A stretch of DNA of 64,000 nucleotides, from the IMG/VR virus record IMGVR_UViG_3300050821_005065, positions 8,158 to 72,157 of that record. The stretch is one strand, 5' to 3'. The position numbers were made by a program, and so were the translations under genes. The stretch is from a virus. Positions within the stretch are counted from its first letter, which is position 1. Each line of letters opens with the position of its first letter. Below are positions 9,688 to 19,199 of this stretch, piece by piece. A model generated the notes under the pieces. It saw nothing but the letters and a program-made list of their open reading frames with translations, was not told the origin of the DNA and ran no database searches.

Positions 9688-10493
9688 ACACGCTATTCGA
9701 CATTCTCAAGAAGCCTGTCCTGTTCCACTTGGTTCTCTACCAAGGCAAGAATGGTATCGCAACTTCTCCTACGGCCTACCTGTCGAACGATCCCGACGTA
9801 ATTGGTGACCAGCTTTCCGCGATGCAGAATCTTGGTGGTCCCGGCTGCGGCGTCATCGGCCTAACCTACGGGCCAACCGTCAGTTCTTTCATCAACTCCG
9901 CTGCGGAAGAAGTGTGCGCCCAATGCGCCGAGAGAGAGATGCCGTTTGCGCTCTGTTACGATCCTTGGGTTGTGAAGAATCCCGATGGCTCGATGCCGAC
10001 CGTTGCTATCGCTACCCAGAAGATGATTGCCGCGCTGGAAAATCCAATCACGCAGGCCATGATGGACTCGAAGACCTACATCTCCAGCATTAATGGGATC
10101 AGCGGCAAATTGGTGCTCGACTTCGGAACCACCGCGACACCATCGGCGGTGACTGCTGCCATGAAGGGAACGACCTACTGGCAGAACAGCGTAGATTACG
10201 CTTGGCCGCTCATTGCCGACAATAACGGACCCGCGCCTGTCAACAACACGACTGCGAAGTTGCCGTGCGTTTGCCGCGCTTTTAATGACGGCACTGGCCC
10301 AAATCGCAATGTGTCAATCTGGACTCCGACCAAGCCCGCGCGGATCATTCCGGCGAACGCTGGAAGTTATTTTTGGTCGCTGGCGAACGCGATGAATCCT
10401 GCCGCCGAGTACGCGCAGGTAGTCACTTGGAATGATGTTCTGGAGGGAACTGACATCGAGTCGTTCGCCGCAATACTGTACGGCAAGATTTAA
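9684..10493 (+). CDS. Glycoside hydrolase, GH99/GH71-like
   Basis: Y.SNDP.VI..Q...M at the N-terminus, FALCYD, and C-terminal QVVTWNDVLEGTDIE resembling the GH99/GH71 catalytic motif. Confidence 0.65.
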   Translation: MNTLFDILKKPVLFHLVLYQGKNGIATSPTAYLSNDPDVIGDQLSAMQNLGGPGCGVIGLTYGPTVSSFINSAAEEVCAQCAEREMPFALCYDPWVVKNPDGSMPTVAIATQKMIAALENPITQAMMDSKTYISSINGISGKLVLDFGTTATPSAVTAAMKGTTYWQNSVDYAWPLIADNNGPAPVNNTTAKLPCVCRAFNDGTGPNRNVSIWTPTKPARIIPANAGSYFWSLANAMNPAAEYAQVVTWNDVLEGTDIESFAAILYGKI

Positions 10494-10538
10494 CCTTGCG
10501 CTCGGAAACTCCAACCTGGTAACAAAGAAAGCGGTCTC

Positions 10539-10766
10539 ATGGAATGGTTACTGGCGGCCGAGCAGCACATCCAATTCGGCGGATTCGTGATCATCGCGAC
10601 CTGGCTGGCAAAGAAGTATCGCGTGGATCTGGAAATTAAAAGGCGCTTGAATACTTTGTGGTATGACCGCTGCGCTACAAAACAGGAAGTCTATCAGCCG
10701 GTGGAGAATGGGACGCCTCCGATTCTTCCCCCAAGGCCAGTATATTCGAGGCGGCATTTGGACTAA
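10539..10766 (+). CDS. Small membrane protein (lysis cassette)
   Basis: One N-terminal hydrophobic segment; stop overlaps the next start. Confidence 0.55.
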   Translation: MEWLLAAEQHIQFGGFVIIATWLAKKYRVDLEIKRRLNTLWYDRCATKQEVYQPVENGTPPILPPRPVYSRRHLD

Positions 10767-11128
10767 TGGTGGCCTCTCAAGAAACGGTTACACTCACGGT
10801 CGAGCACTTTGTAGACCGGGAGATCGGCCATCTCAAAGAGAAGATGGAGTTGCGATTTGATTCACAAGCAGAAGCATTAGCGCTTGCGATGGTACGGCTG
10901 AACGAGCGTCTTGCCGAGATGAATGAGCTTCGCGGCCAGATCGCTACGGAACGAGGTTCGTACCTCACGAGAGAGGCTTACGAGCGAGAGCACAAGATCG
11001 TGAGCGACCGGGCAGGAGCGCTGGAGCTTCAAGCCAGCAAATGGTCGGGAAGCATCTGGATGTTGGGTGGGGTTATCAGCTTGGTCGTGGTAGGGATTAA
11101 TATTCTGCTGAGAATGTGGCCGAAATGA
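10766..11128 (+). CDS. Coiled-coil protein with C-terminal TM helix (holin/antiholin-like)
   Basis: Coiled coil followed by IWMLGGVISLVVVGINILL; directly upstream of the endolysin. Confidence 0.6.
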   Translation: MVASQETVTLTVEHFVDREIGHLKEKMELRFDSQAEALALAMVRLNERLAEMNELRGQIATERGSYLTREAYEREHKIVSDRAGALELQASKWSGSIWMLGGVISLVVVGINILLRMWPK

Positions 11129-11544
11129 CCTCTACCCCGGCTTACCAACTGCGCCACTTTACTGAGTTCGAACTTGCCTGTAGACATTGCGGTCGGCAGG
11201 GATGCACTGAAGAATTAAAACAAGCCTTGGACGACTACCGCGATGTTGTGAAACTCCCCGTGATCGTGAACGACGCTTATCGCTGCGAGGAGCACAATGC
11301 GGCGGTCAGTTTGGTCTCAAAGTCTCAGCACCCGGAAGGCACTGCCGCCGATATTCGAGTACCTGGCTTGACTCTCCAAGAAATGTACGACGCCGCACTG
11401 AAGATTCCTGCTTTCAAATATGGCGGGATCGGCGTGTACGACAAAAACTTTATCCACGTTGACGTACGGCACACGGGCCTGGCGCGCTGGGCGTTTGTGG
11501 GCAACAAAGAGATGAGCATCGCAGAATCAGGATTGGTGAAATGA
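11125..11544 (+). CDS. Endolysin, peptidase M15A family
   Basis: AYRC..HN..V, SQH..G.AADI, GGIGVY..FIHVDVR zinc-peptidase motifs. Confidence 0.88.
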   Translation: MTSTPAYQLRHFTEFELACRHCGRQGCTEELKQALDDYRDVVKLPVIVNDAYRCEEHNAAVSLVSKSQHPEGTAADIRVPGLTLQEMYDAALKIPAFKYGGIGVYDKNFIHVDVRHTGLARWAFVGNKEMSIAESGLVK

Positions 11545-11627
11545 GTATCAAGTACGGGACACATGTTCTCTTACAAGAGCAGGCGCACATCCTCGGATAT
11601 TGGATGAAGACTTAAGCAGGAGACCTT

Positions 11628-12050
11628 ATGGCAACCAGTAATCCCAGAGTGACGCAGATCGCGTTAAACGCGAATACGGGCGTGATGGTCAACATCATGT
11701 TGACCATGATGGCCTCGAAAGTCCTGGTCATGGAAGACCCCTCGGTCAACAACGGCGTTCCGCAAGGACTGCAGGGCTATTACATCGACACGCAACCGCC
11801 TCAGCCAGCAATCCCAATTGAAGCTGGCGGCGCTCCTCCTCCGCAAGCCACTCCGCAAGGGCTACAAGTGTGGCTTCCGCAAACCACGGGACAGGAAGGT
11901 CCAGCCTATCAACCAATCATCCTCGGTGGAACCGATGGCCGCGTGCATGGCGGGGAAGGCGATTACGTTGGAGCGCAAGGGTTAGTGGTCCTGCAGCTCC
12001 AGAGCTATTCGGAAACGCCGTCACAGGTGCTGTTGTTGGAATGGGCATAG
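11628..12050 (+). CDS. Hypothetical (possibly virion) protein
   Basis: AGGAG RBS; G/P/Q-rich beta composition. Confidence 0.65.
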   Translation: MATSNPRVTQIALNANTGVMVNIMLTMMASKVLVMEDPSVNNGVPQGLQGYYIDTQPPQPAIPIEAGGAPPPQATPQGLQVWLPQTTGQEGPAYQPIILGGTDGRVHGGEGDYVGAQGLVVLQLQSYSETPSQVLLLEWA

Positions 12051-12052
12051 CG

Positions 12053-12298
12053 ATGAAATTCCCACAGCCAAAACCATCCCCGCTAATTGATCAGGTTCAC
12101 GCCTGGGCAGATGCGTGCCTCGGACAAGTGAAAGCAGGGAACGTTGAGAAGGCTGTGTACTGTGCGGAAGCGGCAGCGCATTGCGCATTTCTTTACATGG
12201 AATCCGTCTCTGGAACGATGGATCGGGAATGGCGGATACTGCGCGGGTGGAAGCCGATTCCCGGACCAATCGGTACAACTACGTGGGTGTTGGCATGA
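12053..12298 (+). CDS. Hypothetical protein
   Basis: Tightly packed ORF (MKFPQPK...). Confidence 0.5.
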   Translation: MKFPQPKPSPLIDQVHAWADACLGQVKAGNVEKAVYCAEAAAHCAFLYMESVSGTMDREWRILRGWKPIPGPIGTTTWVLA

Positions 12299-12555
12299 AA
12301 CTCCCTTGGGTTTCCCGTGAACTCTTCAATCACGTTAAGCAACAGTTGCAGGACTCGGAAGATGAGCGCCTATGGCTCCTTAAGAAACTCGCCGAACGGC
12401 CCGAAGTCCAAGCCGACGCGAAACCAGAGAAAGAAGAGTCGCAAGGTCCGCAACCCTACACCACGCCCTTTGATCGGATTGAGGCGAGATTTAATGAAGC
12501 TCTGCGAAGCGGACGGCTCACCGACAAGTCAAAGTACCGAGCGAGGATGCACTAA
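12295..12555 (+). CDS. Hypothetical protein
   Basis: ATGA overlap with the previous gene; abuts the portal. Confidence 0.6.
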   Translation: MKLPWVSRELFNHVKQQLQDSEDERLWLLKKLAERPEVQADAKPEKEESQGPQPYTTPFDRIEARFNEALRSGRLTDKSKYRARMH

Positions 12556-15132
12556 TTGAGCACTTTGCCCATTGGCGCAATCGGAGGTGATCCCCAAGGG
12601 GGGCAAGAGACCGGAGGCACGCCGCAAAACGTCGCGGAAACTTCATGGCAGAATCCCTCACAGGCCAGTCCAGAAGACGACAGTTACTTCTCGACCCAAG
12701 GTGTATCCGATGACGATCAGAAGATGCTCAAAGACATTATCACGGACTACCGCTCGAACTGGATGCAGGACCGGATTGAACGATTAGCGCAGTGGATGGC
12801 AAACCTACTCTACTGGAAAGGCGTGCAAGTTCTCGGCTGGGATGCAAGTTCAAACTGCTGGTATGACGCGCTCTCGTGGGCCAGAAACAACAGCCAGGAA
12901 TCGGGGGAAGATACCGACCTTGAGCGCTGGATCAATCCTCTGGTGCTGATGTTCTGCAATGTATTCACGGCCACCATGAGCCAGGGGATTCCAAAGCCCG
13001 TGATTAAGCCAGAGAACGCCAACCCGGAACTACAGGACATCGTAACCGCCAAAGCCAGCAAAGAAGCCATCGACATCATCCGCAGCAAGAACGAATTCAC
13101 CAAGATCATTTTCTCGATTTACGAACTCTTGTTTCTCTTCGGCTCTTACTTTCGCTACACCCGTGCCGTGATTGACGGCAAAATGTTCGGCTACGAAGAG
13201 CGCCAGCAGTTTGCAGACATGGAGATCCAGACCGGCCCGCATTTTACCTGCCCGAACTGCGGCACGGAAAGCCCAGCAGAATCTCCCGATGGAATGAATT
13301 GTCCAAGCTGCGGCGCGTTTATGGGGCAGGAAAGCTACTACGCCGCCGGAGAAGGCAGCCGTACAAGCCTGAAATCCGCCGGGACGCAGAAGATTCCGAA
13401 AGCTGGCGTGAAGTGGTCTCTGCACTCTCCATTAGAAATTGATTGTGACCCGAAGTGCAAAGGGACTCACCCTCTGCGGCAGACGGCGATTCTCGCGAAA
13501 GATTGCGAGATCGATTTCTCCGAAGCCTGCACCATGTTCCCAAAGTTTAGAGACCGGATCAAACCAGGCGCGGGCTCGCCAACGACGCCCAACGCCGATC
13601 TAGAGCGCATCAACCGCATCATGGCAATCAGCGCGCTTGGGGGAATCACCGCCGACAACGAGATGGTGAATCCAACCTACTCGGAAGTCTGGGTACAGCC
13701 GTGGGCCTATGCCAAGAAAAAAGATTGGGACTTCGCCGACCGTATGCGCGCCAAGTTTCCCGAAGGCTTAAAGATTTCGATGGTGGGAGAAGAAGTCGTA
13801 GACATCCGCGCAGCCGTCCTCGAAAAAGAGTGGAGCCATTGTGCGCTGTATGCCAATCAAGGCGTCTACTGTGCGGCCTTGGCGAATACGGCAGTTAGCT
13901 TCAACGCCAGATTCAATCGGACGATGTGGATTCTGGACGACTGGGCGGCGCGGGCGGCCCTTGGATTGAATCTCGCCAATGCGTCGATGGTCGATACCGA
14001 GAAAATGAGCGGGAAGCCGGTTCCGGCAGGCACCTTAACCCCCGTGCCGATGAAGATCAACGGGCAGAATATTCCGATGGAGCAAATTGTTGCTCACTAC
14101 GAATTGCCCATCAACGCGGCCCTCTGGAACTACCCCATGATGCTCATGACCTTTGCAGAATTGATCTTGGGGATTCCGCGGCAACTCGGAGGACAGGGAA
14201 CGCAGGACGATGTTGAAACGCTCGGCGGCCAGCAGTTGCAACTCGCACGGTCGCTCACCACACTGAAGCCCTACTTCAAGAACGTGAAAAACGAGTCTGC
14301 CGAAGCCGACCAGAACGCGATTGAGTGCTTGCAGAATTTGATGAAAGTGGGTGCGGTCAAAGAGATTCAGGATGTCATCGAGTCGAAGGGTGGAGCCTTC
14401 CAGAACCAAACCGTCAAGTGGGACCAGATGACGGGGAACGTGAGAATTTCCGCGGATGAAGATCAGGAACTCCCAGCCTCGCCCGAAGAGTTACGCACAG
14501 CCGTGCAGATGATGTTCCAGGAATTGACCAAAGGCAATCCGGCGGCCGCGAAGTGGTTCGACGTGCCGGCCAATCAGGACCAGGCCCTCAGTTCGATGGT
14601 TCCTGACAGCGTGAACCCTACAGAAGCGCAACGGCTCAAGACCGAGGCCGACATTCAAACCATCGTGGATCAGGGCGTGCAAGTCTCCTTGAACCCGGAT
14701 GGCAGCCAGGGGACACAACTTCCAGTTCAACCCGAAGCGTGGGAAGACTACTCCGTCGCCAAAGAAATCGTACAGCGTTACATGCTGGAAAATTATCAGC
14801 TACGAACCGAAAAGCCGGATCGCTGGCAGGCTCTGTCGCAGTATTACTCGCAACTCAAACAGAGCGAGATGCAGGTTGGGCAAGAGCAGGCACAGAGACA
14901 GCTTGCGGTTACGACCGCTGGTCAGCCGAAGCCGCCTGCGCCCGACCCGGCGATTCAAAGCGAATTCCAGCAGCAGCTTCAGGCCGCACAGCTTGCGATT
15001 CAAACGCTCGTGAGAATTGCTCAAGTAGATCCAGTCTTGACGGGCGGACAGATGAAAGATCAAGTCGCCGCCAGCAAGGAAGTAATCGATTCGACCGTGA
15101 ATGCCGCCAAATTAATGAATGGTGGGAAATAA
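12556..15132 (+). CDS. Portal protein with zinc-ribbon insertion
   Basis: 858 aa, upstream of scaffold and capsid; helical, Q-rich C-terminal barrel as in podoviral portals; CPNCG...CPSCG insertion. Confidence 0.75.
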   Translation: MSTLPIGAIGGDPQGGQETGGTPQNVAETSWQNPSQASPEDDSYFSTQGVSDDDQKMLKDIITDYRSNWMQDRIERLAQWMANLLYWKGVQVLGWDASSNCWYDALSWARNNSQESGEDTDLERWINPLVLMFCNVFTATMSQGIPKPVIKPENANPELQDIVTAKASKEAIDIIRSKNEFTKIIFSIYELLFLFGSYFRYTRAVIDGKMFGYEERQQFADMEIQTGPHFTCPNCGTESPAESPDGMNCPSCGAFMGQESYYAAGEGSRTSLKSAGTQKIPKAGVKWSLHSPLEIDCDPKCKGTHPLRQTAILAKDCEIDFSEACTMFPKFRDRIKPGAGSPTTPNADLERINRIMAISALGGITADNEMVNPTYSEVWVQPWAYAKKKDWDFADRMRAKFPEGLKISMVGEEVVDIRAAVLEKEWSHCALYANQGVYCAALANTAVSFNARFNRTMWILDDWAARAALGLNLANASMVDTEKMSGKPVPAGTLTPVPMKINGQNIPMEQIVAHYELPINAALWNYPMMLMTFAELILGIPRQLGGQGTQDDVETLGGQQLQLARSLTTLKPYFKNVKNESAEADQNAIECLQNLMKVGAVKEIQDVIESKGGAFQNQTVKWDQMTGNVRISADEDQELPASPEELRTAVQMMFQELTKGNPAAAKWFDVPANQDQALSSMVPDSVNPTEAQRLKTEADIQTIVDQGVQVSLNPDGSQGTQLPVQPEAWEDYSVAKEIVQRYMLENYQLRTEKPDRWQALSQYYSQLKQSEMQVGQEQAQRQLAVTTAGQPKPPAPDPAIQSEFQQQLQAAQLAIQTLVRIAQVDPVLTGGQMKDQVAASKEVIDSTVNAAKLMNGGK

Positions 15133-15153
15133 CCGAAATGAGAGGACACTGAA

Positions 15154-16827
15154 ATGCCAGAACCCGTAGCTCCCGCTGCACCCGCACCTTCTGCCCCAGC
15201 CGCAGTTTCGGCTCCGGTAGCGCCCGTAGTATCTTCACCTGCGGCACCCGAAAGTTCTCCTGCTGCTCCTGCGCCTCCGAGTGCCGCGGCACCAAGCGCA
15301 CCCGCTGCTCCGTCCGCTCCGGCGAAGTTTGACGCGCAGACTTCTACCGCTCCCCCAGACTCCAAATCCTATCCCGATACTCAAGATGGGATGGAGCAAT
15401 TCATCATAGACAATACAGCTTGGGAGTTCGCGCACCCGGAAGAAGCCGACAGGCTCCGGCAGGCCGCGCACAAGCCCGAGACGCAAGAGAACTTCCTTGG
15501 AGAACCGGAAGCCGTTGTCGAACCCGAGGCAAAGGTTGAACCCGAGAAGCCTGCCGAAGAACCAAAGCCCACTGAGACCATCGCTGCGCCAGCAACCCCC
15601 GCTGTAATCGAAGAGTGGACAACAAAAAGTCCAGAACTGAAAGCGGCCTTTGAGAAAAATCCAGAACTGCAATCTCAGATCATGGAGATGGCAAGAGCGA
15701 ACGAAGCGGCCAAGCCCGTGCTGGACATCGTTTCCACGAAGGAAGAAGCAGAATTCGCGGTCGAGCACGCGCAACGGTTGGTCAGTGTGCAAGCCAACTG
15801 GATGCTCGCAGCCAACGATCCCGACATGATCCCCGCAGCCTACGAGCAAACCGTAGACTTCTTCAAAGAGCGGGATGCGAACGGAGCGGAGATCAAAGGG
15901 CCAGACGGCCAGCCAAAAATGGGAGCGGATTTCCCTATCTTCCAACGGTCAGTCGCTACACCGCTGTTTGAGAATTTCAAAGCCGGAGCGGACGCGAAAC
16001 TTGCTGCCTTGAAAGCCGCCCCGGTTCCCGATGAGGAAGCGATTCAGCAAGCGGAGTACGACGTCGCAGGACTGGCCTTCGCCATTGACATGATCAAGCG
16101 CGGTGGCGCGGAGCCAGCCATTCCGTCATTGCCGGCCGATGCGACCCCAGCGCAGATCGAAGCCCAGAAGAGGCTTGAGAAACTCTCCGCAGAAGTAGAC
16201 GAAAAGAACGGCAAGCAAAACGCGGCCACGCGCAAAGCCGCGAACCAAGCAGTGACCAAGAGAGTGCAAACGGCCTACGAGCAGGGCGTCGTCTCTTACA
16301 TCCAAACCAAAGTTGCGGAGATGAAGGAGCGCGGCGAATATCTCCCCGAATTCGTACTGCAAGACAAGTGGTTCAATCCGGCCACACAAAAGCTCACAAA
16401 CCTCTCCGCGTTCGATGTGAAGATCTATCAAACGCTCAACGACAAAATCAACAAGAACCCCGTTCACCATGCGAAGCTTCTGAGCCTTGAAGTCATGGGC
16501 GCTGCCGGAGAAGAGGCCCGACTCGCCGAAGTGAAACGGTTGCAAGGTCTCTATCTGCCAAAAATCTTCGACGCGGAAGTCAAGCGCATTCAGGACGGCA
16601 TCCGCGCGACCTCCAAGGCCCAACCGCCCGCAACCGTGGCTGGAAAAGTGGCTCGTGTCGAACCGCAATCCCAAGGCACCGTCGTCCCTCAAGCCATGAA
16701 CGATCAGCAAATGCGAACCTGGGCCGAAGGAGAAGCCAAGAAAGCGGATGGCTATGCTGGAATGCCGACTCGCGATCGTGAAGAGCTCGTGATGCAAATC
16801 ATGATGAAAAAGAAGTACGGAGCCTAA
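15154..16827 (+). CDS. Capsid scaffolding protein
   Basis: Between portal and capsid; A/P/E-rich disordered N-terminus followed by helical segments. Confidence 0.65.
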   Translation: MPEPVAPAAPAPSAPAAVSAPVAPVVSSPAAPESSPAAPAPPSAAAPSAPAAPSAPAKFDAQTSTAPPDSKSYPDTQDGMEQFIIDNTAWEFAHPEEADRLRQAAHKPETQENFLGEPEAVVEPEAKVEPEKPAEEPKPTETIAAPATPAVIEEWTTKSPELKAAFEKNPELQSQIMEMARANEAAKPVLDIVSTKEEAEFAVEHAQRLVSVQANWMLAANDPDMIPAAYEQTVDFFKERDANGAEIKGPDGQPKMGADFPIFQRSVATPLFENFKAGADAKLAALKAAPVPDEEAIQQAEYDVAGLAFAIDMIKRGGAEPAIPSLPADATPAQIEAQKRLEKLSAEVDEKNGKQNAATRKAANQAVTKRVQTAYEQGVVSYIQTKVAEMKERGEYLPEFVLQDKWFNPATQKLTNLSAFDVKIYQTLNDKINKNPVHHAKLLSLEVMGAAGEEARLAEVKRLQGLYLPKIFDAEVKRIQDGIRATSKAQPPATVAGKVARVEPQSQGTVVPQAMNDQQMRTWAEGEAKKADGYAGMPTRDREELVMQIMMKKKYGA

Positions 16828-16849
16828 CTCTTAGCCTGTGGAAATCAGT

Positions 16850-16878
16850 TTGCATTCTATGACTTCTCGTAGTATGTT
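16850..16878 (+). promoter_or_regulatory. sigma70-like promoter for the capsid gene
   Basis: TTGCAT(16850)-17 nt-TATGTT(16873). Confidence 0.5.
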
Positions 16879-16888
16879 GCAGATGTTC

Positions 16889-16969
16889 TCTCCTTCTACC
16901 ACCTCCAGAATTGTTCTGGACCGTGTAACCGCAAGCAATTCCCCTCTCACCTTTTCTTGCGGAAGGAGA
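16889..16969 (+). promoter_or_regulatory. Structured 5' leader sequestering the capsid RBS
   Basis: TCTCCTTC(16889-96) pairs with GAAGGAGA(16962-69); inner stems TCCAGAA/TTCTGGA and CCGCAAG/CTTGCGG. Confidence 0.55.
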
Positions 16970-16975
16970 TAACTC

Positions 16976-18268
16976 ATGCCCGCACCCAATTACACAACTG
17001 CTCAAAGCCAGTTGCCGCTCATGCTGCAGATCGTTGCAGACACGGTGGCGAAGTCCCAGAATCTTGATCGAGGCATTGACAAGCGCTTTCAGGCAGTCAG
17101 CTCGAAAGATATGGGTAAAGAGAAGTATCGTCATCCCATTCAGTTTGACGAAGGCGGCCAGGGATCAGCCTACAACCCCGATGGTGGCGGCTACCCTCAA
17201 GGCACCGGGCCGGAATACCAGCAGTTCATCGTGACCCCAATTCCGATCCTCGTTGCTTTCGCCGCAACCGAATTGCTCGAGCGCATCGAAAAATCGCAAG
17301 GTCTCGAAATTGTCCAGCCCATCTCCCGCATGGTTGGTGGCGCCAAGGACAAAATGGCCCACATCCGCAACACCTTGACCCAAAGCTATAACCAGTTCAT
17401 CGTGGGCACCGTAGATGCTTCTTATGCCGGCGGAAATACCGTACAGATGGCCTCCAGCCCCTTCGGAAACCGTCTGCTCGATTTGAATAACCAGTATCTT
17501 GTGACCGACGCCTCCGGCCAGTACAACGTGCTCGGAAGCCCCGCAGTGCTGGCAAAGTCAAACTCCACCGGCGCCACTGTCGATACCGTACAGCTGGACG
17601 CCGCCCCTGCCGGACTCGTGGCCGGTTCTTCCTTCCTGTTGATGGGTGCGACCTCTGGCGCTCCCCTCGGCCCGCAAGGTCTGCAGTACATGATCTCAAC
17701 CTCGAACGCTGGCGATATGGACGGAATCTCGCGCAACCTGGCTCAAATGCAGGCTGCGGGAGTGAACGCTTCCAACTCCACGCTCACCCTGGGCATGATT
17801 CTCGCCCTCGATGTGCGGCAGCGCCAGAATGCAGGCCCGGATGCGGAAGGGGGACCACGGTTCTACTACACCTACATCTCCCAGCAATCGACCGCACGTC
17901 AGCTTGGATTCGCCAAAACCACGCTGATGAGCCAAGACGGCAAGCTCGACAACTTCAACATGTCGCCCGATCTGAAAGGCAAGTGGATGATCGGCACCGA
18001 CGAAGTGGAAGTCGATACCACCGCGGCCAACAACACGATGTACTGGGTCAGCGCGAATCACCTGAAGCGCGTTCGCTATCCCGGATCGCAAAAGTTTATT
18101 CCGGGCACGCTGAACGGGCTGTGGTGGCCACGTTACTCGGGGGGACAGCCGACCTCAGAACGCGACCTTTATTATCAGGACGCATACAATTACTATACTA
18201 ATTTTCCCTGGTCACATGGTCTGATTCACTCGCTCGGGGTAACTCCTGCTATGTCAGCGCCGGTTTAG
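16976..18268 (+). CDS. Major capsid protein
   Basis: 430 aa after the scaffold; strong RBS, own promoter and downstream terminator; composition typical of a capsid protein. Confidence 0.8.
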   Translation: MPAPNYTTAQSQLPLMLQIVADTVAKSQNLDRGIDKRFQAVSSKDMGKEKYRHPIQFDEGGQGSAYNPDGGGYPQGTGPEYQQFIVTPIPILVAFAATELLERIEKSQGLEIVQPISRMVGGAKDKMAHIRNTLTQSYNQFIVGTVDASYAGGNTVQMASSPFGNRLLDLNNQYLVTDASGQYNVLGSPAVLAKSNSTGATVDTVQLDAAPAGLVAGSSFLLMGATSGAPLGPQGLQYMISTSNAGDMDGISRNLAQMQAAGVNASNSTLTLGMILALDVRQRQNAGPDAEGGPRFYYTYISQQSTARQLGFAKTTLMSQDGKLDNFNMSPDLKGKWMIGTDEVEVDTTAANNTMYWVSANHLKRVRYPGSQKFIPGTLNGLWWPRYSGGQPTSERDLYYQDAYNYYTNFPWSHGLIHSLGVTPAMSAPV

Positions 18269-18309
18269 TCCATTGTAAGTTGGTATTAAGAGTCAACAAA
18301 TGAGAGAGC

Positions 18310-18343
18310 CCGCGCCAGAGCCAAGTATCTGGCGCGGATTTTT
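18310..18343 (+). terminator. Intrinsic terminator after the capsid gene
   Basis: CCGCGCCAGA-8 nt-TCTGGCGCGG 10-bp stem followed by ATTTTT. Confidence 0.8.
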
Positions 18344-18688
18344 ATGCGACAAAGGAGATATCAAGTGAAAGAGAAATTCCTGATCTGGTTAGCATGGATT
18401 ACGCCGCGTAGCCTTGCATATTGGTGCGCGGTTCGTGTCATTTCTTACGCGACTGTCGGCAAGTATAGCAATCAAGTTGTGCCTGAGTTACTTGCGATGG
18501 ATGCGCTGAAACGATGGAACGACAACGATCCAGTGATGTGGAATCCGTACAACAAAGTCGTGCAGGATCACCGCGATGGGACCATCTACGAGGAGCGCAC
18601 GAATGCGGAGCGCAAGCTACGTGGCTTGCCGACTCCTTGGACTCCCGCGCTGGGTACTCTGGAGGTTCGGCAAGCACCAGAATTCTAA
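18344..18688 (+). CDS. Hypothetical protein
   Basis: ORF; likely true start is GTG about 18365 after AAGGAG. Confidence 0.55.
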   Translation: MRQRRYQVKEKFLIWLAWITPRSLAYWCAVRVISYATVGKYSNQVVPELLAMDALKRWNDNDPVMWNPYNKVVQDHRDGTIYEERTNAERKLRGLPTPWTPALGTLEVRQAPEF

Positions 18689-18698
18689 GGCAATTTTT

Positions 18699-18857
18699 AT
18701 GCCCGGATCGCGACAAGTTAACCTCGAACATAAGCAAGCGTTTCGCAAGGACGAAGGGTTTTCGCTGCGCGCGCACCTTGAAGCGAAAGGCCAGTTCTGC
18801 ACGAACTGCCAGCAGCCGGAAGCCCTTTGTCGTTGTATCAAGAGACGAGATGCCTGA
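18699..18857 (+). CDS. Small Cys-containing hypothetical protein
   Basis: MPGSRQ...CTNC..LCRC; overlaps the next start. Confidence 0.45.
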   Translation: MPGSRQVNLEHKQAFRKDEGFSLRAHLEAKGQFCTNCQQPEALCRCIKRRDA

Positions 18858-19038
18858 AACCCTCGACATCAAGCAAACCGTCTGGTCGGGATCGGTGAAT
18901 TACAAGGCCAAGGGCGGCGAGATCAAAGAAATTAAGATCATACAGAACCTTGAACCCGGACAGGTTCACATGACCTTTGCCGATATTCAGATGTTAGCCA
19001 AACAAATCGCAGTGAAGTTACAGGAGGATGCTCAATAA
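18850..19038 (+). CDS. Hypothetical protein
   Basis: MPETLDIKQ...; stop coupled to the next start (TAATG). Confidence 0.55.
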   Translation: MPETLDIKQTVWSGSVNYKAKGGEIKEIKIIQNLEPGQVHMTFADIQMLAKQIAVKLQEDAQ

Positions 19039-19199
19039 TGGCGACCGCAGCCTTAGTCGTAGCTTTGATCAGTTCCAGTTTCGTCGCAGGGCAGCAGGGC
19101 GTGAGCTTTATTGCTGCCGTGAAAGCCCTGCATCATCACACCACAAAGCCTTTGTACCACCACGTTCTGAAGCCAGTGGGGAAAGCGATTAGTCAGTAA
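19038..19199 (+). CDS. Small hydrophobic protein (53 aa, MATAALVVALISSSF...)
   Basis: Read manually; AGGAGG RBS; TAATG coupling on both sides. Confidence 0.6.
   Translation: MATAALVVALISSSFVAGQQGVSFIAAVKALHHHTTKPLYHHVLKPVGKAISQ

Noticed and set aside
15160-15325. Ala/Pro repeat tract as a DNA repeat element
   Set aside because: Explained by the low-complexity N-terminus of the scaffold protein.
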